Shown here: piece after piece, positions 30,017 through 42,400 of the stretch
How positions within the stretch are numbered: position 1 is the stretch's first letter
Layout: each line of letters opens with the position of its first letter
Origin: Antedon mediterranea
Lineage: Eukaryota; Animalia; Echinodermata
Assembly (NCBI RefSeq): GCF_964355755.1
Contig: NC_092671.1
Coordinates: 15,557,742-15,621,741, forward strand
Direction: 5' to 3'
DNA: 64,000 bases
Notes under the pieces: generated by a model
The model's input: only the letters and a program-made list of their open reading frames with translations
Databases searched by the model: none
Told to the model about the DNA's origin: nothing
Made by a program: the position numbers and the translations under genes

Positions 30017-30390
30017 CTGAGTAGGCCTAGACTAGCCTACCTAGCTTCTTAATCTTACTAATTAATAGCATGGTGGTCTGGCTATAATTTGTGTATGATT
30101 TGACAAATCATTGATTTGAAACATTTTTTTTCAACTTAAATTTAAAATTTGAATCAGGCCCATGGCCATGGGCCATACATAGCCTAGGCCCTAGATAGGC
30201 TAGTATGCAACAAAATATCTTATGCAGTATTACTATTATAGGCTATTTATTTTGATGAGAAAAATCAAATGGCAAATGCCTATTCTATAACATTCAGATA
30301 ATTTACTTTCTTCTTTATTATCATAGATAGGGTAGCCTAGTAGGTTTCAGTTTTGGATTATTTTTTTCCAGGAAGAAAATTGTTTAAATA

Positions 30391-30437
30391 ATGGATAACG
30401 TTCACGTTGCTATACGTGTTCGTCCTCTAATAACAAG
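30391..30437 (+). CDS. CENPE: CENP-E-like exon 1 (start)
   Basis: aaata ATG GAT AAC ...; donor acaag|gtcagt. Confidence 0.85.
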
Positions 30438-33400
30438 GTCAGTGAATTTTCATAATTTGTCTATTTTATATATATTGTGTATATTTATACTCTGAGATTT
30501 ACTTCATACAGTATGTGAATATTTATCAAAACCTTTAAGAAATGGAAAGTCTAACGATTATTTGATAATTGTTTTATTTGAATTTAATGTTATAGGGAAT
30601 CCAGTCATGATACAAACTTACATTGGAAGGTGGAAAATAGTACGATATATCAAGTAGATTCAAAGAATAAAAATGTTGGAAAACCCTATACTTTTGGTAG
30701 GTCTTCTGTTCGAAACAGCAAATATGTATGTTGTTTGTTCATTTAAACTAAAAGAAGAGTGTCAATTTATTTTTATATTATCTGATTTTGTTTAGATCTC
30801 ACAAATTGAATTCTGTTCATTTTGTTTCAGATTATGTTTTTCATATGGGACAATCAACAAATGATGTATATTCACAAGTTGCAGAGCCTATTATAGAATC
30901 AGCTATGGATGGATATGATGGTACTATAATAATATATTATATAACACCCAAATAAATTCCTTCCTGGCGTGCAATAGTACGCACTATTGAATTGTTATTC
31001 AATAGTACCTTTTTTCTCTATTTTTCATGTACATAAAACCTTTTTTAAATATAACATTTACTATATTATAAAAAACCTAATATATATATATAATTGTTTT
31101 GCAATCACCTAATTGAAATATAACCTTTCATCATTCACCTCATGTCATTATTTGTACCATTACACTCATAAACATTCATTATTTGTATAATATGATGAAA
31201 ATGAGTAATTAAAGATGTATTGTCCCCCTGAAAAAATAATTTTTGTTGAATATGCCATTTTAATGTAACATAATAGTTATCAACTTTGACCAAAAATTGG
31301 ATCGGAAAAAAAATGTATGTACCTAAAAAAATGTCAAATTGGCTGCCAGCCCAGGGCCGTAGCCAGGATCTGTCAAGGGGGGGTTCGGACACTAAATATT
31401 TAGTGCATCAGGCCCCACCCCCAGATGCGAAGCGAATTTTGTTAAATGACACCCCTAGATGGCCGGAAAAGACACTCTCATGCAGCATTCTACCAATGAG
31501 CAAAAAGATTGTACTTTTTTCCTCCTTCTCAAACACGTCGATAATTTAAAGGACGATAACTATTTGTTGCCGTATGTTAGATGCGCGTGCTCTGTGCGGA
31601 ACCGCCGCTTGTTTGATCATTTACTCCGTATTTTGTTTTGCGTTCAAGTTCAATGCGAACGTACATCTAGGAGCAGCCCCGAAAAAAGCACACTGGTTGA
31701 AGGTAAATGCTATTTGCTAGCTCTATCTATAATATTTATTTACAGCAATTTGTTGAGGAATACAAATATGTAAATAGGTGATATTGATACATTTTAGTAC
31801 GCATCGGCTGGTGGTCTAGAAAAAAATAATCGGATGCCATAATGTGAACTACAGTACTTGATACCATAGATATTATAGTGTAAAATATTAATATTCACTA
31901 TAATCCTCTATGATACATAGTCACACATAAATACTGATGTACGTCGGAAGGCTATATACTTTATGCATGCTGCCTGACTGCCAGTGATCTAAACAATTAT
32001 AGGTACGCAGTTGTCTGGCGGTGTCCTTTGTACGAATCGTTCGTGCCCCAGTTCGCTATGAAACGTGTCAATATCATGTTACATGCAGGGACCAAACATT
32101 TATTTTTCAGGTTAAAATCGGCAATTCATTTGCAGCTTTTAGAAATTTACAGACACGTATCGCTAGTTGACGCTCATACAGAGAAGAAGGTTCACGAACA
32201 AGTTTACGAATTTTTCAATTTACAAACAACTTTTTGTACTGTGGGGCACGTATTTGGAGGATTTTTGGAGATGAGGGTGAGGTATTGGGCATGTCGGGGA
32301 TGGGGGTTCGCAGTCGGTTAAGGGGGTTTCGCTGTAAAGGGGGAGGTTCGCCCGAACCATAAAAACCCCCCCTGGCTACGGGCCTGCAGCCAGTGGGTTT
32401 TTGGTTGAATTTAGCCATTTATTTTATCGTTTTATAAGTGAAAGCATTTTTTTTTTGTTTTTTTTTTCTACAGAAGGGTTTAACTTTTTTAAAACTACAA
32501 AATAACATATTCAAAGTCTGATTTAATTAATCTTCATGTTTTTGGGGGACAATACATCTTTAATCTATTGCTTTTTTTTACTGTACACAATTCAGTCAAA
32601 ATGCTGACATGACATACACAAAGATATACAGTAATGTCACTGTGTATCATAACCCTACCACCACACATTAGAATCTTTGTCTGACTTTTACTATACAAAC
32701 CTCTTGTTGCTAATACTATTGTTGTTTATTTGATGTTAAAGGTACTATTTTTGCCTATGGGCAAACATCCAGTGGCAAAACGTTCACAATGCAGGGTAAT
32801 GCGAGTATACCTGGAATAATTCCAAAGGCAATTCAACAAATTTTTAATACCATTGACCAGGTAGGATGAACTTCAAATAAAAATAATTTAGACACTCTGA
32901 TCTTTGATTAAATTATATTTGTTTTTACATTTCTTGTGTGTACTGTAATATAAAAATATATTTATTTTCAACCAATGGCACTTTTTGACAGCTCTTGGGT
33001 TGTATTTATTTATAATGATTTTTTTCTTTTTGAAATCTATAATTTTTATAATAAATTAATTCAGAATTTTAGGATATCAGATACTGTATATACAAAAAAC
33101 ATGAATTCTTGGTTTTTTTAAGGCATTAACAAAGAATGTTTTTTATAGTCAACTGATAGAGAGTACCTATTGCGAGTTTGTTACATGGAGTTGTACAATG
33201 AAGTCATCACAGATCTTTTGTGTAAAGATGGAAAGGGGCTAAACATCAGAGAACAAGAGGTAAATGAAATAGTATGTGGTAGAAATACAAGCCATTAACA
33301 ATATGTATATTTGCATTTATTCTATGTAAATGCTATGAAGAAATGCACTCATGCCTGATGAATTATTCTTCTCCAATAAGATAACATCAAATTCAAATTA

Positions 33401-36400
33401 TTTGCCCCATTTCACTCATAAACATTCAATAATTATAATGAAGGTTTATGAGTGCAATAGGGCAAATAATTTTATGAGGTGAAAAATGAAAGGTTACATT
33501 TTCACGAGGCGAATCTGAATGAAAATAGATCATTTCATCTTTCCCCGAATTAAATTACAACATCGTCATGTGTTCTGGCTACTCACTGTGACCCACAATC
33601 GTCCAATCAAATGACAAAAATCGAATTAGGTGTGCTATAAAAAGATAACCAAAAGTACATTTTTATTATAGACATAATTCACCTAAGTATAATGTATATC
33701 TTTTCTTGTAGAAACGTGTGTTTGTTAGTGGTTTGACTGAAGAAGTTGTTAATAATGCGGATAAGATAATTGACCTATTAAAGAAAGGGGACCGTAAGTT
33801 TACAGTAACCTCTTTTTTAACAGTTAAAAAATGTATCTAATCTGGTAGAAGATATGTCAATACACACCTAGGTTAACTCTGTTTTATACACGTAAAGCTG
33901 ATCATAATCATATACTAAGTTATAGTGTGATGTCCCCAAATATGGTAGTGATATGACTTTATCGTGTCTATATATAGGTACATCACATTTTTTTGTCACA
34001 TAAAGTTTGATAGTGTTGACAGAGCTTTACATCCATTAACCACGATATAACTCTGATAGCTTTCAGATGTACTGTGCATCCAATGTAACTTTAAAATGAT
34101 ACATTAGTTAGTCAAACAATTCCCATTGGTGGTATCTCAGATGTTTAACCGGTATATGTTGCGCTAGAACAGAACTGCGAGGTAACTCTGATAGTGGAAA
34201 GAGTGTGAAACATAGCTTAATACCATATATCCTCTTGTATAATCCCACCCCCATTGAACACGAGATTGGGCACACTTTGGAGGGTGGGACTATACCTGGG
34301 GAAACCCTGGTTCAGGAAAAAGATGTAAAAAGAAAAGTATTTCTTGTAAAACCTCATCTAAACTGGCTAGAGAGCCTACATCCAGACGAAAAGTCAATAC
34401 TGCAACTATACCTAGGGATGTGCCTTACAAAGAATAGGGGGTTAGACCAGAAGTGGGATTAAACCAGAGGACATACGGTATAGAGTTCTGCGGTGTGACG
34501 TCACAACGATAGATGGCGCTGCGTGGTTGCAAGCCAACCAAAAAATGTGTTCAACACTACTATACTATGTTGATAAACTATATACATCTGTATTTCTATA
34601 AAATTATGTATCTTAGCTTGATTTTTTTTTAACTTAAACTGTAGTTGAAGAATAAATAGATTATTAAAAACAAATATTTAATGATCTTTTGAAATCTTAG
34701 TTTGTTTTTATTAATAATTATTAAGTTTTAAAATGACTAATCAATAAGCCTATTCCAAACCATTGGAGTCACTCGGGCTGGTTGCATGCAGCACCACCTA
34801 CCATCGTGACGTCAGCACAGCAGAACTCTATGTATCATTATCAACCTTTTTTTACAGAACAACGACACGTCGGACGGACAAATATGAATGAACATAGTAG
34901 CAGATCACATACTATTTTCTGTATTGTAAGTCATTTATTTGATAAAAGTTATTTTTTAGACATATAATTGTACAATAATTCATTGAATTCTGGCCTGTAT
35001 TTATGATTTTAAGTGGCTCGTAATATTGAATATTCTATATTATATTTTCCCATTCTGGGTAACATTCATTGATAACAGAAAGAGAATTTGGTTGGAAGTT
35101 CATGATTCATCTATCTACTTGTAGATTTCAACCACATCCACTCCATTGCATCAATACTTTTTCCTATTGTACTATATGCCTACTGTATTTGCTAGATCTT
35201 AATATTTCATTCTAATTCATAGGTTATTGAATCACGTGAAAGAACCAATAATCGCCAGTCATATGATGGAGCTGTTAAAGTTTCTAGACTAGTAAGAATA
35301 CAATAACTTTCTAAATTATTTTAACTAGAACAGAATGAAACAAAGTTTTAAAGTAGTTTATGTCGGTTTTTGTTGGCTAAAATCTGTTTTGAATGAGTCT
35401 TAAATTTATCTAAAATGTTATTTTATGTTTGAAGAATCAAGGAACTTGCCAATGATTATAAATCATTCTGATAATCATAATCATACAGATATATAAATAG
35501 TACTAACAAAAAGTTGTTTTTTTTTAGAACCTTGTTGATTTGGCTGGTTCTGAGCGAATAAATGAAACAAAAGCAGAAGGTGTGCGTTTGAAAGAAGCAT
35601 GTAACATCAACAAGAGTTTGTTTGTATTGGGACAAGTGATCAACAAGCTTAGCTCTGGATCAGATTATATTCCCTTCAGGGACTCAAAGCTGACTCGAAT
35701 CCTGCAACCATCACTTGGAGGCAATGCAAAGACTGCCATAATTTGTACTGTCACACCGGCAGCCATCGATCAGACGCATAACACGCTTCAGTTTGCCAGT
35801 CGGGCCAAGACCATCAAGAACAAACCAGAAATGCATGAAATCTTGTCTGATGAGGCGTTGCTAAGACGATACAAAAGTGAAATTGAAAACCTCAAAAAAC
35901 AAATTGATCAGGTAATTCATTTTTTAAAAAAGATTATGGATTGATAAGTCCAATCTTAACATAGGTTATTTGTCAGGTAATTCATTTAAAAAAGATTATA
36001 CGGATCTAGTCCAATCTTAACATAGGTGTTTGTTGATTAGATTTTTACCGTTTATATAATATTATTCTCAGTTTGATAAACAGGATAAACTAAAAGATGG
36101 TTGGCAATCTCTAGAGAATGAAAAGAGACAAATGGCAGAGGAAAATCAAAAACTGATTGAAGCTAGAAATCGTTTGGAAACAATGGTTATATCAGGCCAG
36201 GGTGAATCCATTCCGAAGAGCAAGAAAAGGGTAAGATTTAAAATAAACAATTGATACCATACTGATGTTGATATAGAAGCCACCTCTGACACAAAATGAT
36301 CAATTCCCAATACATTTTAGTTTCCATATAACCTCACTCCCTATTTACTTTACCAAATTTAATTTTCAAGGGTGGGTTGTCCTTCCTATTAGTAAGGTAT

Positions 36401-39400
36401 AATGCATACATTTTGTAAAGCTTTGTTACTGAGGTAATCATATAAAGAATTGTAAAGGTAGAAATTGTATTATATTTCTGTTAAATCTTAATTACAAAAG
36501 ATTTTGTTATTTAGGAGGTTTGTTTGCTATGTGAGCCAGTTTCATTTTAGAAAAATCCAATTTTGAACACACTCTAAATAAAAGAAAATACTTTTTTTCA
36601 TTTTGTTTTTAGCCAAACCGTCGTGAAACCTGGTGTCCTGGAACAAGAAAGTTTCCCCTTCTAGCATCAGACCCTATTGCTGCAGCCGCTGCAGTGGCAG
36701 CAGAGGTTGGATCATTTGATGTCGCTACCACTTTTAAATTTTCTCCAAAAGCAAAAAGTAGCATAAGCTCTTGCAGTGTCAGCAGTGATGGTATGTTATA
36801 TTTTGCTTATATTACACACAAATAAAAATTAAAGAAAACAACATACATACTATGTAGTCAAAAACACAAAATGTTGATGACATGATTGGTCATTTTAGGT
36901 TACATAAAATCTAGTGAATGTCATATCAGTGTGTAAGTACTACTGTGGTATGAATTTACAGAATTTTCAGATAGCAAGTTTGAAAAGTTTGCTGAAGAAT
37001 GTTCAGGCTTTTTGTCTGATGAATCTATACCCAAAAAGAAACGACGACGGGCTGTGCATTTTTCTGAAATACCACCTATAATGGATGTTAGTATGTCTCA
37101 TGCACAAGAAATTGGCTGTCAGACAGAGGTATGTCAACCCAGTCTAAATTGCTTTCAGGTGTAATTAAAAGTTTAATTAAGGCTTGAAAGATGTATTGTC
37201 CCTTTGACTAATTCCAAAAAAATTTAAAGAAAAAGATTTGAAAAAAGGTGGGTCATTTTGAAGTATCATAATAGTTATTAACTTTCACCAAAAATTAGTC
37301 GGGAAAAAAAATCATTTAACTGAAATACAGACATATTTTGGTTCAAAAAATAACTTTGACTTCCAGTCAAAGTTTTTGATCAAAACATATCTCATAATGC
37401 AACGCCCTTATTTGGCTACTCTGTATGCATAATTATAAAACTTCCTCGCGATCTGTGTGAAAAGACCTTCTCAACCGTGAAGAGTTGTAAACAATCCTAA
37501 TTAGCATCATGCATAATGCATACTCATGGTTTGAAATCTTTGTTTACTTTCGCTCCTGACGATTTTCTAGACGAAATGTAATAAATTAATTTACCTGTTA
37601 ATTACGTACACTTGTATTTTCAACTTAAAGTGAATAACTTTAATATTACTTTGATATGACCAATTTAAATTTAGAATGTTTAGACCTTCATTTTTTGTTT
37701 TTAAAGGGACAATACATCTTTAACACACATAATACATTTAAATAAGATGCGTAATTTTCCTTCTGTATCCACAAACAAATTATTCATGCGGTTTTTCACC
37801 TCTATTTTTTTTGTTTCTAAAGCTCTGTCTACATTATCAAACCATATGTGACAACAAAATGTGATGTGACCATATATAGACATGATGATATCACTATCAC
37901 ATATCACTATCATATTTGGGCACCTCACACTTGTTTTGTCAAACTATTTTTATAGTGTAGACAGACCTTAAATCTGTCACTGGCAACCATTTTTTCAGCC
38001 AAATATTTTTATTTTTTATATATTTATTTCTAGAATGTAATAGATCATGATGTGGCAAGTTCCCATGAAGAACTAAAAGAGTCCATCATTATCTGCGAGG
38101 CACTGATGCAGGAGAAAGATGAACTAAAAAGTGAAAATGAATTAATGCACCAACAGATATTGCAATTAAAGGAAGAAAATCAAGAAATTAATACTAAATA
38201 CATAACAATGTAAGCTTAAAAATATAAACAATAATATTTAAAACAATGTAATTATAAATATTGCTGTATGTTTTACTCTTCTATCAATTGTGCATTACCA
38301 TGTTACGAGTAGTTGAATCATTAAAGTTTCGACGTACGCAAAGCAGAAACTGTTTTGATTGTACGTCTATGGCATCATGCTTACATTGTCGGTTCCCACT
38401 TGGGACACGCAAGGTTTTGTTCTTATGGAACGTTGCGTTGATACATTGCATCTACGTCCTTGCTTTGCGTCCTAGTGGAAACCAAGGTTTATTATGCGTG
38501 ATAATGTTATTGTTGATATTTATAAATATAATGAAAATAAGAAATATATAGTGTTTATGTTGCAGGAATTAGCTCCCTCTCAAAATAAGTCTTTTTTATC
38601 ATGCTTACTAGGTTAGATTTTAATAATCAACTTTTTGTTTTCTCGAATTACAAAGTATTCTTTTGTAATATGATTATACAATTTATCTTTGGAATTGATT
38701 TAATGGCAGGGAAATAGAAGGTAAAAACGTGAAGAAGGAACTTAGTCGACTCACAGAAGAATTCATGGAATTGAAAGAATTTACAAGTATTGAACAAGAA
38801 GTTACTGATACTCACTATAAAGATATTGAGGTATTATTATATAGTTTGTATTTATTATTTATTCGCACTCAAGACCAACCAATTCTGGCTTATGAGTCAA
38901 CATTATAAACCATTTTAAAAGAAAAATAAAAACATACAAAAAGGCATACAATACGGTATATACATCCTTAAAAATACTATACAACCTGTTGATATTTAAA
39001 TGTCATGCTCTAATGGAGTAAAACATTATATATGTATTATTATATTTATTCCATTGTTTTTTGTTTTCCCTAGATAAAACATCAATCAATCGTGAAGGAA
39101 CTTAACCAAACAATTGAAGGAAAGGAGAAGGAAATTGGAAGGCTGAGAAGATCAATCTGTATTCCTATACCTTTACAACCTAGCTCTGATCAGGTAATAA
39201 TTCACATATGTTTTTGAGTCCGTGAACTCCCTGTTAATAAATATATGAAACATTTTAGTTAGTCAGGGCTTGTCATTGTCCCGACCTAGAATTTGCACAA
39301 CTGTTTTAAAAGAAATTGAGTGAAGAAGCGCATCACAATGACCCAATGAATTAACATGACTTGTTCCTAGGTCATATGTGCAACAAATCGAAAGAACCCT

Positions 39401-42400
39401 ATTAGTTTGACTTTTTCATCTGTTTGAGTATTTTAACTTTATGAATCCTCTTATAGTTTTGTTTGAATGTCGTCTATATATTTTTGTATCGTTTATAAAA
39501 GGGCGTCTTCAAGTCAGTTGTACTGCTACTACTACTACTTGTAAAACAAAGTTGAATTGCCTTATAGTGCATGCTTTAATTTTCTTTTATTTTTGTGACA
39601 GACTGGAAATGAAGAATCTTCTCAGAAAATGAAGGAACTGGAAATGAGTTTAGAAGATGCCGAGGCGGTTCTAATGGATACCAACAAAGCATTATCTGAA
39701 ATGAAAGACATTAATGTGGTATTAGAGAAAGAGATGGTAAGGAACAATGTACAATAAAGATAATGTTAATTACTCTTCATTATTCAGTACCTAGTCTAGT
39801 ATACTGTGTCTAATAATATCCCAGGATTGTTGGCAAGTACACATTCCCATCAGGGCTCGATTTATCTTTTTCATGTTGCTAGCCCACTGGGCTAGTTCAC
39901 TGTAGATTTCACTAGCCCATACATTATTTTACTAGCCCACTCTTATTATCGCACCGTGATAGCAGGGCCGCCATATAAATGAATTCAGGCATTTTGTACA
40001 ATAGAGGGCGCACTAATCTAAACGCTCGAGAATTGCTACACATTTACATACAAACTGTATTAAACTATTATTGCATGAAAAATTACACAAAATTGTATTT
40101 CTTTATTGTTCACATCCCGGTTCACATAAAAATTAACTGGCGCTACTGCAGTTTCGCACCACACCATTATATCTTCGATTTCTCACCTAAATTTTTCTTT
40201 TTCACACTCACAACATAATATTATGTAACATGTTTATACGATTCGACCACTTACGAAGTAATTTTTTTTAAATAACAATACTTTTCAAAACATTTTAAAC
40301 AATACTGAACTCGATGTCAACACACTGCGAAATGTTCGCCATCTTATATTTATCACTTAATTGCCAGAATGTATGCTTCATTTTCCCCAAAAAATGTAGA
40401 AACTATAGAGGCCAGTGTAATAAAATCCGATTACACATATATAGGCCTAGGCCTATTTAGTTTTGAAAGGCAAGAAATATTTTCAGCTGGCGAAAGAGAG
40501 GTTTAATTAATATTTCATTATTAATATTAGTATTATTATTCATGTTAATAGGTCCTATCAATGTTTTATGTACAGACTCATATCGTCGCCGTTTTGATAT
40601 GTACAGTGAGCTAGCTGGTTCTTTATAAAAACCACTCTTTGCAGTTTAAAAATAAAAACAGAAAATAAAACATGCATTGATTTATGGCAATTTTCTGATT
40701 CTAAAATGGCCACAGTTCGATCGAGGAAATAGAGCTGTTTTGAAAGGCATTTTTTATTGTGATAAAGGTAAATATAACGGTGGCTAAATCATGGAAACAT
40801 GTTACATAATGACCCAAAATTGTATGATGTGGGTGTGAGAAAAAAATTAAGCGATAAATCGAAGATTTAACAGTGTGGTGCGAAACTGCAGTAGCGCCAA
40901 TTAACTTTGCATTGCGACGCATAGTCTATTTCATGCTCAACATATTCACAGAATCGATTTATTGAGGTCTTTTTGTTGTTGGGCTTCAACCTAGCCAAGA
41001 AAACTAATTAGATTCTGTCTACCTTAGGCTAGAGGCCTAGGCCTAGAGCCTATTATTATAGTAGGGTAGCTAGGATAGACCTACCTACTAGGCCTAGATC
41101 GCATTGGAGCACCTGGCCTACTGTACCAAAATGGTACTATAGGCCTAGCTAGGCCTAGGTAGTATCTAGCTAGGCCTAGCTGCTGCTGAGCAGCCATCAC
41201 GATGCCAAACGATGGCTTTTGATTCTATCTAGGCCTCCTACGCATATTATAAAATATGGCCTCCATGGCCTACCTACAGGGATAGAGCCAGCCACCCGGC
41301 CCTACAAAATATCCCTAGCTTTGATCTGTGACAACCAGGCCTGATGACAAGACTAGACAAGTTATTTTTAACATTGGCAAAATTCTACTACATTTGGCCA
41401 ATCACAGTTCGTTATTTATGGTCATATTTTTGTGACATGTTTGACCTGATAATGAAGCTCCGCCTACTTCACAATAACCAGGGTGACAAAAACATAAATG
41501 GCCAATCATAATTCGGGAAATTTGTTTGATTATGAGAGGCTCCGCCTACATCATCACTTGTTATGGCCACAGCAGCAGCGCGCCAGTGGTTTTTTTTTAT
41601 GATGTTGCCAAGACATATATGTCTTTTATGCTGGAGTTATTTTTATGAGGTCATTTCGTCCCAATTTCGAGTTCCCACAACCTACTAGCCATCCGGGCTT
41701 AAAGGAAGATACTTTAGGTAGCCCGGAGCTGTTTTTACTAGCCATTGTACGCCGGGCTAGCACTAAATCGAGCCCTGCCCATACACTCATTCCCATACAC
41801 TCATTCCCATACACTCATTTAATAAAGTCTCTTAAATACAGTACTACTATAACTTTATAGTTATCTCTTAATAATATTGATATCATTTTATATCAGGGAT
41901 GTCACCACGGCCCCGTCCACCACTCGCAATTTCCGACCACCATTTTCATGACGCCAACCACCACTATATTTACGCATGTAGATAGTAGTCTATTGTTCGT
42001 AACCTACTACTAATGCTACGATGTATTGTTATTATGTAATCGATCTTGTGTGTTTGTCTGTTTGTTAGCAGGATTACTCAAAAAGTAATTACAAGATCTT
42101 TACCAAAATAAATGTAAAGATAGATATGTGGTCAAGGACCATTCCATTAAATTTTGGGACCATTTGAAACCACGGTTCCAATTCTGGACCACTTTTTTGT
42201 ATACTTTTCAGACGTGCTAGTGTTAAAATAAGAGATAGGGCATCCCATGGTGGTGAAATTAGGTGGTATCTCTCATCTAATTGGTGCAGATTTTTTTAGT
42301 CAGATATTGGTACCTAGTTCATCTAACCAAATGTCTCTGGCCTGCCTGTCTGGTAGCCGGACAACCCCCCCACCCGATTTTTTTTGGGGGGAGGGGGGGT

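Noticed and set aside
30100-30390. Possible CENP-E promoter with TTTGAA (CHR-like) motifs and a GGCCCATGGCCATGGGCC palindrome
   Set aside because: The ATG exon is preceded by a strong acceptor-like tttttttccag. The true first (5' UTR) exon and promoter may therefore lie further upstream, possibly beyond the hAT-like element. The motif matches are too short to support a call.
31286-32418. ORFs of 87, 104, 97 and 67 aa (the last Pro/Gly-rich, from a GC-rich stretch)
   Set aside because: They lie wholly inside the family C DNA-transposon copy (31209-32563), in its sub-terminal inverted repeats. There is no homology signal.
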